A stretch of DNA of 24,000 nucleotides from Rahnella contaminans. Its GTDB lineage: Bacteria > Pseudomonadota > Gammaproteobacteria > Enterobacterales > Enterobacteriaceae. This document shows positions 1 to 11,167 of this stretch, in pieces (position 1 is the first letter of the stretch; every line of letters starts with the position of its first letter). The notes below the pieces were generated by a model, which saw only the letters and a list, made by a program, of their open reading frames with translations, was not told the origin of the DNA and did not search any database. A program made the position numbers and the translations under genes. Location of the stretch: the NCBI RefSeq assembly GCF_011065485.1, contig NZ_JAADJS010000008.1, positions 98,560-122,559 on the forward strand. Direction: 5' to 3'.

Positions 1-771
<771 letters not shown>

Positions 772-806
772 GTAAATAAGTAAACAATGTCCCGAATGCA
801 GAAAGC

Positions 807-837
807 AAAAAACCCGCGAATTCGCGGGTTTTTGTTT
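807..837. terminator. Bidirectional intrinsic terminator shared by convergent metF and ppc
   Basis: Stem cccgcg (813-818), loop aatt, stem cgcggg (823-828). It is flanked by an A-run (807-812) and a T-run (829-833), so it reads as hairpin plus U-tract on either strand. Confidence 0.85.
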
Positions 838-855
838 GGACGTTTTCAGCGATAA

Positions 856-3501
856 CTAGCCGGTATTTCGCATACCTGCTGCCACACCGGCAATCGTCAC
901 CATCAGTGCCTGTTCGACATTCGCATCCTGCTTGCCGTCTTTTTCCAACTCACGTGAACGGTGCAACAACTCAGCCTGAAGTACGTTAAGCGGGTCGGTG
1001 TAGACGTTACGCAATGCGATAGATTCAGCAATCCACGGCAAATCTTCCATCAGATGATCGTCGTTGGAAATCGCCAGCACCACTTTGATATCGCCTGCCA
1101 GCTGCTCACGCAGTTTCGCGCCCAGCGGCCACAGTTCTTTTTCGACCAGACGCTGATCGTAGTATTCCGCCAGCCACAGGTCGGCCTTGGCGAACACCAT
1201 TTCCAGCATACCGATACGCGTAGAGAAGAATGGCCAGTCGTGGCACATGGCTTCCAGCTCATCGCGTTTCCCGTCATCGACAACGGCCTGCAAACCAGCA
1301 CCTGCGCCCAGCCAGGCTGGCAGCATCAGACGGTTTTGCGTCCAGGCGAAGATCCACGGAATCGCGCGCAAGCTTTCCACGCCGCCGTTGGCTTTACGTT
1401 TCGCCGGGCGTGAACCCAGTGGCAGTTTCGCCAGTTCCTGCTCCGGCGTTGCAGCACGGAAATAAGGCACGAAGTCTTTATTCTCGCGAATATAACCACG
1501 ATACATTTTGCAGGAAACGTCAGACAGCTGTTCCATGATGTCCACCCAGGCTTTTTTCGGCTCAGGCGGTGGCAACAGATTGGCTTCCAGAATGGCGGAG
1601 GTATACAGCGCCAGACTGCTGATGGTGACTTCCGGCAGACCAAATTTGAAGCGGATCATTTCGCCCTGTTCGGTCACGCGCAGGCCACCTTTCAGGCTGC
1701 CCGGCGGCTGAGAGAGCAGCGCAGCTTGCGCTGGCGCACCGCCACGGCCGATAGAACCGCCGCGTCCGTGGAAGAGCGTCAGCGCGACACCGGCTTTCTC
1801 ACAGGTTTTGATCAATGCGTCTTGTGCGCGGTACTGCGCCCATGAAGCTGCCATCACGCCCGCGTCTTTCGCGGAGTCGGAATAGCCAATCATCACCATT
1901 TGTTTGCCCTGAATGAAGCCGCGATACCAGTCGATGCTCAGCAATTGCTTCATTACATCGTCGGCGTTATTGAGGTCATCCAGCGTTTCGAACAGCGGCG
2001 CAACCGGCATCGGGAACGGACAACCGGCTTCTTTAAGCAGCAAATGCACGGCCAGAACGTCAGACGGCGTACGCGCCATGGAAATGACATAAGCGGCGAT
2101 AGAGCCTTCCGGCGCTTCTGCAATCACCTGGCAGGTATCGAGCACTTCTTTGGTATCGGCGCTCGGTTCCCAGTGGCGTGGCACCAACGGGCGTTGTGAA
2201 TTCAGTTCGCGGATCAGGAATGCCTGTTTGTCGGATTCTGACCAGCTTTCGTAATCGCCCAGCCCCAGATAACGGGTAATTTCAGCGATCGCGTCGGTAT
2301 GACGGGTACTTTCCTGACGCACGTCGATACGCACCAGCGGCACGCCGAAACAGCGTACGCGGCGCAGGGTATCGAGCAACTGACCGTTCGCGATGATGCC
2401 CATATTGCAGGCCAGCAGCGACTGGTAACAGGCGTAAAGCGGTGCCCAGAGTTGTTCATTTTTCACCAGCAAATCATGAGGACGCGCAACGCGTTCGCCT
2501 TTCAGACGGGCTTCGAGATACACCTGCGTGGTGGTCAGCTGGGTACGCAGCTGTTTCATGATTTCGCGGTACGGCTCGAGGATATCCGCGCCACCGGCCC
2601 GCTCGCGAAGTTCCGGCGTACATTCGGTCATGGAGAGTTCGGAAACCAGCACAGCGACATCGCGCAGGAACAGATCGGTGGCTTTCCAGCGGCTCAGCAA
2701 CAGAACGTGGCGGGTAATATCGGCAGTCACGTTCGGGTTACCGTCGCGGTCGCCGCCCATCCAGGAAGTGAAACGCACCGGCACGGCTTCCACCGGCATT
2801 TTGTAATTCAGTGATGTCTCAAGCTGCTCATTCAGTTCACGCAGGAAAGCAGGAACGCCTTCCCACAGGCTGTTTTCGACCACCGCAAAACCCCATTTGG
2901 CTTCATCAACCGGAGAAGGGCGGTTCTTACGGATTTCGTCGGTGTGCCATGACTGCGCAATTAACTGACGCAGGCGGCGCATAATTTGTTTGCGCTCGTA
3001 ATCGGCCAGATCGTTATGGTCGAGTTGTTTGAGGCAATTATTCACTTCCACCAGTTTGTGGATAAGCGTGCGGCGGGCGATTTCCGTCGGGTGTGCGGTC
3101 AGCACCAGTTCGATAGAAAGCTGGTCAACGGCGTCACGCAATTGTTGTTCAGAGAGATTTTTGGATTTCAGACGATCGAACAATTGTGCCAGAGCTTCAG
3201 GGTTGCTGGCTGCCTCGCCGTGTGGCGAAATGCTGTGATATTGCTCGGCTACGTTGGCTAGATTAAGGAACTGGCTGAAAGCACGGGCAACGGGCAACAA
3301 CTCATCATTCGAGAGATTTTGCAGCGTTGACAGCAATTCCTGACGATCTGCATCATTTCCTGCACGTGAGGATTTGGACAACTTACGGATTTTTTCAACA
3401 CGATCCAGGATATGTTCTCCCAACGTATCTTTGATCGTGTCGCCCAGCAATTTACCTAACATACTGACATTACTTCGCATTGCGGAATATTGTTCGTTCA
3501 T
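856..3501 (-). CDS. ppc: Phosphoenolpyruvate carboxylase (881 aa)
   Basis: Full-length ORF. The N-terminus [24 protein letters not shown] and C-terminus ...[15 protein letters not shown] match E. coli Ppc as recalled. The conserved VLTAHPTE and [10 protein letters not shown] motifs are present. Confidence 0.98.
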   Translation of the reverse strand: MNEQYSAMRSNVSMLGKLLGDTIKDTLGEHILDRVEKIRKLSKSSRAGNDADRQELLSTLQNLSNDELLPVARAFSQFLNLANVAEQYHSISPHGEAASNPEALAQLFDRLKSKNLSEQQLRDAVDQLSIELVLTAHPTEIARRTLIHKLVEVNNCLKQLDHNDLADYERKQIMRRLRQLIAQSWHTDEIRKNRPSPVDEAKWGFAVVENSLWEGVPAFLRELNEQLETSLNYKMPVEAVPVRFTSWMGGDRDGNPNVTADITRHVLLLSRWKATDLFLRDVAVLVSELSMTECTPELRERAGGADILEPYREIMKQLRTQLTTTQVYLEARLKGERVARPHDLLVKNEQLWAPLYACYQSLLACNMGIIANGQLLDTLRRVRCFGVPLVRIDVRQESTRHTDAIAEITRYLGLGDYESWSESDKQAFLIRELNSQRPLVPRHWEPSADTKEVLDTCQVIAEAPEGSIAAYVISMARTPSDVLAVHLLLKEAGCPFPMPVAPLFETLDDLNNADDVMKQLLSIDWYRGFIQGKQMVMIGYSDSAKDAGVMAASWAQYRAQDALIKTCEKAGVALTLFHGRGGSIGRGGAPAQAALLSQPPGSLKGGLRVTEQGEMIRFKFGLPEVTISSLALYTSAILEANLLPPPEPKKAWVDIMEQLSDVSCKMYRGYIRENKDFVPYFRAATPEQELAKLPLGSRPAKRKANGGVESLRAIPWIFAWTQNRLMLPAWLGAGAGLQAVVDDGKRDELEAMCHDWPFFSTRIGMLEMVFAKADLWLAEYYDQRLVEKELWPLGAKLREQLAGDIKVVLAISNDDHLMEDLPWIAESIALRNVYTDPLNVLQAELLHRSRELEKDGKQDANVEQALMVTIAGVAAGMRNTG

Positions 3502-3736
3502 ATCACCTCTGACCCGTTCTCTCGTTTGATTTTTATATTCTGTAAATAACTTTCACCCGTCAGGCATTCATGCCCCGTTCACCCGCCAACCTGGCCATAC
3601 TTTTTAAATACCGCACCTGTTTTAACCCAAAAACACCCGATCACTCACGTTAAAAATGGTCTTTTTGGCGATGTCGCTGAAATTTAATTACAACCGCGAC
3701 GATATCAGTTTGGCTAATCCATCATTTGTACAGTAT

Positions 3737-3762
3737 CAAAGGGCGCCCGGAAGCGCCCTGAT
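3737..3762 (-). terminator. Probable argE terminator hairpin
   Basis: Stem agggcgc (3740-3746) and gcgccct (3753-3759), loop ccggaa. It lies about 30 nt downstream of the argE stop on the minus strand. Only a short U-tract (TTTGAT) follows. Confidence 0.45.
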
Positions 3763-3789
3763 TGTTTCTTCATCAACCCTGATTCAGGA

Positions 3790-4941
3790 TCAGTGATAAC
3801 AGAAGTGATGAACGACCTGAGAAATCAGCTCACGTGTCGGTTTTATGAACGCGGTATCAATATATTCATCTGGCTGGTGCGCCTGATCGATAGAACCCGG
3901 CCCCAGAACCAGCGTCGGACACAGTTCCTGAATAAATGGCGCTTCGGTGCAGTAGTTAACGATTTCCGTTTCCACGCCCAGAAGCTTTTCGACCACCTGA
4001 ACCAGCGGGTGATCCGGCGGGCATTCATAGCCCGGGATCGGCGGATGCAGTTCTTCGATAGCTAGACGGCCCGGCCAGCGCTGGCTGACAGGCTCCAGCG
4101 CTTCGTTGAGCAGACCGTTGATATCAGCCAGTGTCAGGCCCGGCAGCGGACGAATATCCATGTGCATCTCGCAGCAGGCGCAAATACGGTTTGGCGCGTC
4201 GCCGCCGTTGATATAACCGAAGTTCATGGTCGGATACGGGATCACAAAACCACTGTGGTTGTAACGGGTTTTCAGCGTATTGCGCAGCGTCATCAGATGG
4301 GTAATCGACTCGTGCATCAGCTCGATGGCGTTCACGCCGCGCGACGGATCGCTGGAATGGCCGGACTGACCGGTGATGCGGATGGCATTCGACAAATGAC
4401 CTTTGTGCGCACGAACCGGTTTCAACGAGGTCGGTTCGCCGATGATTGCGCAGTCCGGACGAATTTTCGCATTTTTGGAAAAGTAGCTGGCACCGGCCAT
4501 CGTTGTTTCTTCATCCGCCGTCGCTAAAATATACAGCGGTTTAGTCAGTTTGGTCAGATCAACATCGCGCAGTGAATCGAGGATAAATGCGAAGAAACCT
4601 TTCATGTCGGCAGTCCCCAAACCATAGAGCTTATTTTCATGCTCGGTGAGGGTGAAAGGATCGCGTGTCCAGCGTCCGTCATCGAACGGAACGGTGTCGG
4701 TGTGACCAGCCAGCAGTAAGCCGCCGGCACCTTCGCCGGTACTGGCTAACATATTGAATTTATTGCGCGTACCTGGGACGGGCTGTACTTCAACTTTGAA
4801 GCCTAAATCACCGAACCAGCCTGCCAGTAAATGGATTAGCGTCTCATTGCTCTGGTCCAAAGCAGCGTCCGTTGCGCTGATGGAAGGGGTTGCGATTAAC
4901 GCCCGATAGAGCTCAATAAAAGGAGGTAATTTCATCTTCAC
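3790..4941 (-). CDS. argE: Acetylornithine deacetylase (M20 family, 383 aa)
   Basis: [24 protein letters not shown]...HHFCYH is colinear with E. coli ArgE as recalled, and the length is identical (383 aa). It is divergent from argC, as in the argECBH bipolar operon. Confidence 0.97.
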   Translation of the reverse strand: MKMKLPPFIELYRALIATPSISATDAALDQSNETLIHLLAGWFGDLGFKVEVQPVPGTRNKFNMLASTGEGAGGLLLAGHTDTVPFDDGRWTRDPFTLTEHENKLYGLGTADMKGFFAFILDSLRDVDLTKLTKPLYILATADEETTMAGASYFSKNAKIRPDCAIIGEPTSLKPVRAHKGHLSNAIRITGQSGHSSDPSRGVNAIELMHESITHLMTLRNTLKTRYNHSGFVIPYPTMNFGYINGGDAPNRICACCEMHMDIRPLPGLTLADINGLLNEALEPVSQRWPGRLAIEELHPPIPGYECPPDHPLVQVVEKLLGVETEIVNYCTEAPFIQELCPTLVLGPGSIDQAHQPDEYIDTAFIKPTRELISQVVHHFCYH

Positions 4942-4966
4942 TGTTGACAGCCTTTAGTTAGGGTAG

Positions 4967-5005
4967 TATTCATATTCATGCAATAATTGTGAATAAAAAT
5001 ACAAT
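4967..5005. promoter_or_regulatory. Tandem ARG boxes (ArgR operator) in the divergent argE/argCBH control region
   Basis: There are two 18-bp elements separated by 3 bp: tattcatattcatgcaat (4967-4984) and tgtgaataaaaatacaat (4988-5005). The second matches wNTGAATwwwwATTCANw well and the first less well. The 18+3+18 geometry is the canonical ArgR operator layout. A TTGACA -35-like hexamer sits at 4944-4949. Confidence 0.7.
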
Positions 5006-5076
5006 AAGCCAGTGCGTAAGGAAACCAGAATAATTATCCGGCTCCTTACCCAAAATTGAGAAGGTGAACAGACCCT

Positions 5077-6081
5077 ATGTTGAATACGCTGATTGTTGGT
5101 GCCACAGGTTATGCCGGAGCCGAACTCGCGGCTTATCTGAACCGCCACCCACATATGAACATAACCGGTTTAACGGTTTCAGCGCAAAGTGCAGATGCAG
5201 GAAAATTGCTTTCCGATTTGCACCCTCAATTGAAAGGCATCGTCGATCTGCCTGTTTTGCCGCTCAAAGACGTGGCGGAAGCAGCGAAAGGTGTCGATGT
5301 GGTGTTTCTGGCAACCGCGCATGAAGTCAGCCATGACCTGGCCCCGCAGTTTCTGGCGGCGGGTTGCGTGGTGTTCGATCTCTCGGGAGCTTTCCGCGTC
5401 AGCAAACCTGAGTTTTACACCGAATTCTACGGTTTCGAGCATCAGCATCTCGATTTGCTCGATAAAGCCGTGTACGGCCTGGCCGAATGGCAGGCTGACA
5501 AATTAAAAGATGCGCAGCTGATTGCTGTGCCAGGTTGTTACCCGACCGCTTCTCAGCTGGCGCTGAAACCGCTTATCGAAAACGGTTTGCTCAATGACAG
5601 CCAGTGGCCGGTGATCAACGCCACCAGCGGCGTCAGCGGTGCAGGCCGCAAAGCCACGCTGGGCAACAGCTTCTGTGAAGTCAGCCTTCAGCCGTACAAA
5701 CTTTTTAGCCATCGCCATCAGCCGGAAATCGCCGAGCATCTTGGCGTGCCGGTCATTTTCACGCCGCATCTGGGTAACTTCCCGCGCGGTATTCTGGCGA
5801 CTATTACATGCCGTCTGAATGCAGGTGTGACGGAGGAGGATGTGGCAGAAGCTTTCCACAATGCGTATCACGACAAACCGCTGGTGCGTCTGTACACCAG
5901 GGGCGTTCCGGCGCTGAAAGACGTGGTCGGCCTGCCGTTCTGTGATATCGGCTTCGCGGTGAAAGGCGAACATCTGATTGTGGTGGCGACGGAGGATAAC
6001 GTGCTGAAAGGCGCTTCCGCGCAGGCTGTGCAGTGCATGAATATCCGCTTTGGCTTCCCGGAAACGCAATCCCTGCTTTAA
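5077..6081 (+). CDS. argC: N-acetyl-gamma-glutamyl-phosphate reductase (334 aa)
   Basis: [30 protein letters not shown]... is colinear with E. coli ArgC as recalled. The active-site region AVPGCYPTA is present, and the length matches (334 aa). Confidence 0.97.
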   Translation: MLNTLIVGATGYAGAELAAYLNRHPHMNITGLTVSAQSADAGKLLSDLHPQLKGIVDLPVLPLKDVAEAAKGVDVVFLATAHEVSHDLAPQFLAAGCVVFDLSGAFRVSKPEFYTEFYGFEHQHLDLLDKAVYGLAEWQADKLKDAQLIAVPGCYPTASQLALKPLIENGLLNDSQWPVINATSGVSGAGRKATLGNSFCEVSLQPYKLFSHRHQPEIAEHLGVPVIFTPHLGNFPRGILATITCRLNAGVTEEDVAEAFHNAYHDKPLVRLYTRGVPALKDVVGLPFCDIGFAVKGEHLIVVATEDNVLKGASAQAVQCMNIRFGFPETQSLL

Positions 6082-6116
6082 CAATCCTCAGATTGTCAGC
6101 AAACAGAAAACACGCG

Positions 6117-6146
6117 TCCCTGAGCGTTTATTCAGACGTTCAGGGA
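6117..6146 (+). other. Stem-loop inside the unusually long argC-argB spacer
   Basis: tccctgagcg (6117-6126) pairs with cgttcaggga (6137-6146), giving 10 bp with one G.U, and a 10-nt loop tttattcaga. No U-tract follows, so it is not a canonical terminator. Confidence 0.4.
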
Positions 6147-6211
6147 TGGTAGATTAAATTAAACGCATTGTTATTAATTAACATTCTCAACCGGTCGGGG
6201 CGCGAACAGCT

Positions 6212-6985
6212 ATGAATCCGTTAGTCATCAAGTTAGGTGGTGTGTTGCTGGATAATGAAGAAGCACTTGAGCGCCTGTTCATGGCGGTCGTGGCTTATCG
6301 TCAGGAATATCATCGCCCGCTGGTGATCGTTCACGGTGGCGGCTGCCTGGTTGATGAGCTGATGAAAAAGCTGAATCTTCCTGTCGTGAAAAAAGCCGGT
6401 CTGCGTGTGACGCCGGCCGATCAGATTGACATCATTACCGGCGCACTGGCGGGCAGCGCGAACAAAACCCTGCTGGCGTGGGCGGTGAAAAACCACATTA
6501 ATGCCGTTGGCCTGTCTCTGGCAGACGGCGGTACGGTCAGCGTAACCCAGCTGGATGAATCTCTGGGCTTCGTGGGTAAAGCCGAAGCGGGCAATCCGGC
6601 GCTGATTAACACTCTGCATGGTGCAGGTTATCTGCCGATTGTCAGCTCAATCGGTATTACCGCTGCGGGCGAGCTGATGAACGTTAACGCGGATCAGGCA
6701 GCGACGGCGCTGGCAGCCACGCTGGGTGCAGATCTGATCCTGCTATCTGATGTCAGCGGCATTCTCGATGGCAAAGGCCAGCGCATTCCGGAAATGAGTG
6801 CAGAGAAAGCCGAACAGCTTATCGAGCAGGGTATTATCACCGACGGAATGATCGTCAAAGTTCACGCCGCGCTGGACGCCGCACGTTCTCTAGGCCGTCC
6901 GGTGGATATCGCCAGCTGGCGCCACGCCGAACAATTACCGGCACTGTTTAACGGCGTTGCCATCGGCACACGTATTCTGGCGTAA
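6212..6985 (+). CDS. argB: Acetylglutamate kinase (257 aa)
   Basis: [23 protein letters not shown]...[11 protein letters not shown] is colinear with E. coli ArgB as recalled. Confidence 0.97.
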   Translation: MNPLVIKLGGVLLDNEEALERLFMAVVAYRQEYHRPLVIVHGGGCLVDELMKKLNLPVVKKAGLRVTPADQIDIITGALAGSANKTLLAWAVKNHINAVGLSLADGGTVSVTQLDESLGFVGKAEAGNPALINTLHGAGYLPIVSSIGITAAGELMNVNADQAATALAATLGADLILLSDVSGILDGKGQRIPEMSAEKAEQLIEQGIITDGMIVKVHAALDAARSLGRPVDIASWRHAEQLPALFNGVAIGTRILA

Positions 6986-7017
6986 CGCAACGGCGGCGCA
7001 TTCGGTATACGCTTTTC

Positions 7018-7044
7018 AAGGGCGCAGCATAGTGCGCCCTTTTG
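7018..7044 (+). terminator. Intra-operon hairpin with short U-tract between argB and argH (possible partial terminator or attenuator)
   Basis: aagggcgca (7018-7026) pairs with tgcgccctt (7033-7041), loop gcatag, followed by tt(g). It lies 33 nt after the argB stop and 25 nt before the argH ATG. Confidence 0.4.
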
Positions 7045-7068
7045 CATAATTAATTCAGGAGCAGGAAA

Positions 7069-8445
7069 ATGGCACTTTGGGGCGGACGTTTTACTCAGGC
7101 AGCAGACCAGCGGTTTAAAGAACTCAATGACTCACTGCGTTTCGATTACCGGCTGGCAGAACAGGATATCGTGGGCTCGGTTGCCTGGTCCAAAGCGCTG
7201 GTGACCGTCAACGTATTAACTGCTGACGAGCAAATCCAGCTGGAAGAAGCCCTGACCGTTTTACTGGAAGAAGTCCGTGCCAATCCCCGCGCTATTTTAG
7301 CCAGCGACGCTGAAGATATTCACAGCTGGGTCGAAGGCAAACTTATCGATAAAGTCGGCAATCTTGGCAAAAAACTGCACACAGGCCGCAGCCGTAACGA
7401 TCAGGTCGCAACCGACATTAAACTGTGGTGTAAAGCGCAGGTCGTCGAACTGGGCGACGCGTTACATCATTTACAACAGGCGCTGGTCGCGACGGCCGAA
7501 GCCAATCAGGACGCCGTGATGCCGGGTTACACCCACCTGCAGCGCGCGCAGCCGGTGACTTTTGCGCACTGGTGTATGGCGTATGTGGAAATGCTGGCGC
7601 GTGATGAAAGCCGCCTGAAAGATACACTGACTCGTCTGGACGTCAGCCCGCTGGGTTGTGGCGCACTGGCCGGTACCGCTTATCCTATGGATCGCGAACA
7701 GCTGGCAGGCTGGCTGGGATTTGCCTCTGCGACCCGTAACAGCCTCGACAGCGTGTCTGACCGCGACCACGTGCTGGAACTGTTGTCCAACGCCGCCATC
7801 AGCATGGTTCACCTTTCCCGTTTCGCCGAAGATCTGATTTTCTTCAACACCGGCGAAGCGGCGTTTATTGATTTGTCCGACCGCGTGACGTCCGGCTCTT
7901 CCCTGATGCCGCAGAAGAAAAACCCGGATGCGCTGGAGCTGATCCGTGGCAAATGTGGTCGTGTGCAGGGCGCACTGACCGGCATGATGATGACCATGAA
8001 AGGCCTGCCGCTGGCGTACAACAAAGACATGCAGGAAGACAAAGAAGGGCTGTTCGACGCGCTCGATACCTGGCTGGATTGCCTGAACATGGCATCTCTG
8101 GTACTGGACGGGATTCAGGTGAAACGTCCGCGTGCAAAAGAAGCCGCGCAGCAGGGTTACGCGAATTCTACCGAACTGGCGGATTATCTGGTTGCCAAAG
8201 GCGTGCCGTTCCGTGAAGCGCACCATATTGTGGGTGAAGCGGTGGTCGAAGCGATTCATCAGGGCAAAGCGCTGGAAGAATTGCCGCTGGCGGATTTGCA
8301 GAAATTCAGCAGCGTGATTGGCAATGACGTTTACGCCATTCTCGAACTGCAATCCTGTCTTGATAAACGTGCGGCCAAAGGTGGTGTTTCTCCGCAGCAG
8401 GTGGCGCAGGCCATTGCGGACGCGAAAGCGCGTTTGGGTTTTTAA
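7069..8445 (+). CDS. argH: Argininosuccinate lyase (458 aa)
   Basis: [34 protein letters not shown]... contains the fumarate-lyase signature [14 protein letters not shown] aggagcagg lies upstream of the ATG. The ORF is colinear with E. coli ArgH as recalled. Confidence 0.97.
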   Translation: MALWGGRFTQAADQRFKELNDSLRFDYRLAEQDIVGSVAWSKALVTVNVLTADEQIQLEEALTVLLEEVRANPRAILASDAEDIHSWVEGKLIDKVGNLGKKLHTGRSRNDQVATDIKLWCKAQVVELGDALHHLQQALVATAEANQDAVMPGYTHLQRAQPVTFAHWCMAYVEMLARDESRLKDTLTRLDVSPLGCGALAGTAYPMDREQLAGWLGFASATRNSLDSVSDRDHVLELLSNAAISMVHLSRFAEDLIFFNTGEAAFIDLSDRVTSGSSLMPQKKNPDALELIRGKCGRVQGALTGMMMTMKGLPLAYNKDMQEDKEGLFDALDTWLDCLNMASLVLDGIQVKRPRAKEAAQQGYANSTELADYLVAKGVPFREAHHIVGEAVVEAIHQGKALEELPLADLQKFSSVIGNDVYAILELQSCLDKRAAKGGVSPQQVAQAIADAKARLGF

Positions 8446-8455
8446 GCCTTCCGGC

Positions 8456-8479
8456 TTCTCCCCCTGTGAAGGGGGAGAA
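8456..8479. terminator. Perfect 10-bp hairpin with GUGA tetraloop between convergent argH and the M24 peptidase gene
   Basis: ttctccccct (8456-8465), loop gtga, agggggagaa (8470-8479). It lies 10 nt after the argH stop and 7 nt after the peptidase stop. No U-tract on either strand, so the function (terminator versus RNA-stabilising element) is uncertain. Confidence 0.45.
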
Positions 8480-8486
8480 AATCACT

Positions 8487-9554
8487 TCAGAAACAGATGT
8501 CTTTCCACGCCCGGGGGCTGTGCGTCAGTACCTCGCTGCCCGTTTCCGTCACCAGCACGTCATCTTCAATTCTCACGCCGCCCAGACCCGGCACATAAAT
8601 TCCCGGCTCGATGGTGATGATCATTCCCGGTTCCAGCTGCTGCGCATTTTGCGGGCTGAGCGCCAGCGCTTCGTGGACATCCAGCCCTAAACCGTGCCCC
8701 AGATTGTGACTGAAGTACCCGCCAAAACCCGCCGCTGCAATAATATCTCGCGCCACGGCATCAAGTTCCTGACAACGAATTCCCGGCCTGACGGCGTCAC
8801 GTGCGGACTGCTGGGCGAGAAGTACCGTGTCATAAATTGCTTTCAGTTCCGCGCTGACGTTGCCCAGTGCGAAAGTGCGCGTCATATCCGAACAGTAATG
8901 CTGATACACCGCGCCGAAATCTATCGTCACCAGTTCACCGGTCATCAGCTTTTTATCGGTCGGACGCCCGTGTGGCAACGCGCCGCGCAGGCCAGAAACC
9001 ACCACGGTATCGAACGACGTTTTACTGCCGCCAGCTTGTCTCACCGCCATTTCGAGATGATCCGCCAGCGTTTTTTCGCTGATACCTGGCCTGATAAACG
9101 GGATAACCTTTTCCAGCGCGCGGTCAGCAATTGCCGCAGCCTCACGTATTTTGGCGATTTCATCGGGATATTTATGCACGCGCAAAAACGACATATCCCG
9201 GTGTTGCAGCGTCACGTTGCACTGTTTTTCCAGCGCCTGCCACGCAAGATGCGATAACTGGCTGGCATCTGCAAACAACGGTTTACCGGGGATCAGCCGT
9301 TTAATCACATCCGCGAGCGGGTTTTCGGCGGTCAGCGTCAGCACCTCAACGTCCGGGTTGTTCTGCCGGCATTCGGCGCTGTAGCGGCCATCGACCAAAA
9401 TCCACAGGTCGGCTGGCGTAACCAGCACATACCCCGACGCGCTGTACAGTTCTGTTACCGCGTACTTGCTGAACCTGTCGGTCAGAAGCACGGCGGGTAG
9501 GTGCTGTTCCTGCATAAGCTGGCGCAGAACGCCCAGACGTTGCTGACGACTCAT
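8487..9554 (-). CDS. M24-family aminopeptidase (Xaa-Pro aminopeptidase / YpdF-like, 355 aa)
   Basis: The pita-bread fold metal-ligand context is intact: VTIDFGAVYQHYCSDMTRT, HNLGHGLGLDVHE, ITIEPGIY, GVRIEDDVLVT. Overall it resembles E. coli YpdF as recalled. SD ggaga lies 5-6 nt before the ATG. No signal peptide is evident. Confidence 0.9.
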   Translation of the reverse strand: MSRQQRLGVLRQLMQEQHLPAVLLTDRFSKYAVTELYSASGYVLVTPADLWILVDGRYSAECRQNNPDVEVLTLTAENPLADVIKRLIPGKPLFADASQLSHLAWQALEKQCNVTLQHRDMSFLRVHKYPDEIAKIREAAAIADRALEKVIPFIRPGISEKTLADHLEMAVRQAGGSKTSFDTVVVSGLRGALPHGRPTDKKLMTGELVTIDFGAVYQHYCSDMTRTFALGNVSAELKAIYDTVLLAQQSARDAVRPGIRCQELDAVARDIIAAAGFGGYFSHNLGHGLGLDVHEALALSPQNAQQLEPGMIITIEPGIYVPGLGGVRIEDDVLVTETGSEVLTHSPRAWKDICF

Positions 9555-9568
9555 TATTTTCTCCGGGT

Positions 9569-10804
9569 TCAGGCGACGTCGAGCAGCCCTTTTTTGATTA
9601 AACGGTTACGGTAGAACACGCAGGTCACGGCGATAAACAGCGAACCGCCCGCCAGACCCATCAGGTAGGCCGGAATGTTGCTGACCAGCGGCCATGCCCA
9701 GATGGCGGATTCCGGGAACCATTGCACGGCACCCAGTGAAACCCCGAGCAGCGCGCCGATAATTGCCCCCACCACGTATACCGGAATGACAAACCCCGGA
9801 CGTTCCAGCGCAAACGGAATCGAGCCTTCGGAAATCCCCATAAAACCGAGGAAAATCGCGGTGCGGCCAATCTGATTGAACTGGCGATCGTAAACACGCC
9901 GCCCGACCAGCCATTTGTCGATCACCGTAGACAGCCCGAGGCCGAACGAAGGAATAACGACCGCCAGACAGCGCGCGGTTATCGGCAACACTTTTTCCGT
10001 CGTAAAGCCGAGCGCCACAAACCCGGCGGCTTTGTTCACCGGTCCGCCGAGATCAAACGCCGTCGCCGCTGCCAGTAAGGTGGCGTAGAAATATGTGCCC
10101 GCCGCGCCTGCGGCCTGTAACGCTTCACGGATGAGCGTGTTCAGCCAGCCGCCGATTGGGGTTATCAGGAAAACCATCAGTAACATCGCGACAATGGCGG
10201 AAATCAGCGGGATGAAAAATGTGGTTTTGAACGCCAGCCAGTTGTGCGGCAGTTTGATGGTGTTGTTCAGCCAGCGGACGAAATACCCGACCACAAACGC
10301 GATCACGATAGCACCCAGAAAGCCCGAAGCGACCGGCGCAGCGGCGGCCCATTCACCATTGATCAGAGCCGGAATGGCGACAGGTTTAATCGAGACATAA
10401 CCGCCGATAAACCCGGCCGCCAGCGCCGTTTTTCCGCCGATGGAGTTGGCGGTAAATGCTGAGAACATCGGAATGGCGAAGCCAAAAAGCGTGAAACCGA
10501 AGCTTTCCATGATGCTGGCGATTTGCAGCATCCAGACCGAACTGCCGCTGTATCGCCCGCTGTTGAGCGCACCCATAATGGATTCGTCCGGCGACATTCC
10601 CAGAAAAACATAAGGAATGATTTGCGACAGCGCGCCAATCAGACCGCCCATGATCAGCACCGGGATCATGTAGGAAATACCGGTCATGATGTGTTTGCTA
10701 AATTCTTTCCAGGCATGGCTCTGGCCTTTACCTGCAGGCCCCGCAGGCGGTGTGTCGGATGCCTGACTGTGACCGGTATTAATGACTCTTTTTCTTATCG
10801 CCAC
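9569..10804 (-). CDS. PTS fructose-family EIIC permease component (411 aa, GTG start)
   Basis: Polytopic membrane protein with the Fru-family EIIC opening KEFSKHIMTGISYMIPVLIMGGLIGAL. Resembles FryC/FrvB/FruA IIC domains as recalled. A GTG start at 10804 sits 6 nt after a strong SD GAGGAG. The N-terminal ~35 aa is a Pro/Ala/Gly-rich linker-like tail. Confidence 0.9.
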   Translation of the reverse strand: MAIRKRVINTGHSQASDTPPAGPAGKGQSHAWKEFSKHIMTGISYMIPVLIMGGLIGALSQIIPYVFLGMSPDESIMGALNSGRYSGSSVWMLQIASIMESFGFTLFGFAIPMFSAFTANSIGGKTALAAGFIGGYVSIKPVAIPALINGEWAAAAPVASGFLGAIVIAFVVGYFVRWLNNTIKLPHNWLAFKTTFFIPLISAIVAMLLMVFLITPIGGWLNTLIREALQAAGAAGTYFYATLLAAATAFDLGGPVNKAAGFVALGFTTEKVLPITARCLAVVIPSFGLGLSTVIDKWLVGRRVYDRQFNQIGRTAIFLGFMGISEGSIPFALERPGFVIPVYVVGAIIGALLGVSLGAVQWFPESAIWAWPLVSNIPAYLMGLAGGSLFIAVTCVFYRNRLIKKGLLDVA

Positions 10805-10840
10805 GGAAAACTCCTCGCGCTTAAAAAAGCAAAAGTGGGA

Positions 10841-11161
10841 TCACTGAGCCTGATCGGCCTCAATCTCATCAATCAGTCCGCCGGCATTTTTCACCGCATC
10901 TTTCAGTTCAACTTCATACACTTCGACGCCGTTAAAACGCTCGATATTTTGCGGCGTAATACCGGTGGCATGGATGATGACTGTGGCCTGCGCGATATCT
11001 TCTGCCGTCAGTTCGTTCTGAATACCGTCGGCACCCTGCGTTTCAATTTTCACGTCATAACCGCGCTGGCGGGCGGCGACTTCAATGGCTTCGGCTGCCA
11101 TAAAGGTATGAGCAAGACCCATCGGGCAGGCGCACAGCGCAATCAGTTTTTTTGCAGACAT
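10841..11161 (-). CDS. PTS fructose-family EIIB component (106 aa)
   Basis: KKLIALCACPMGLAHTFMAAEAIE carries the phosphorylatable Cys in the CP(x)G(x)AHT-type motif of EIIB(Fru). The size matches FryB-like proteins. The ATG lies 6 nt after the upstream M20 stop, with its SD inside that gene. Confidence 0.9.
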   Translation of the reverse strand: MSAKKLIALCACPMGLAHTFMAAEAIEVAARQRGYDVKIETQGADGIQNELTAEDIAQATVIIHATGITPQNIERFNGVEVYEVELKDAVKNAGGLIDEIEADQAQ

Positions 11162-11167
11162 CGTGAA

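Noticed and set aside
4954-5154. 66-aa minus-strand ORF across the argE/argC control region
   Set aside because: It spans the ARG boxes and the argC 5' end. The region is a well-known divergent promoter-operator, and no RBS is evident.
7471-8352. 293-aa minus-strand ORF inside argH
   Set aside because: It is antisense to argininosuccinate lyase, whose frame carries the family signature. The translated product is an Arg/His/Phe-rich shadow sequence with no SD or recognisable motifs.
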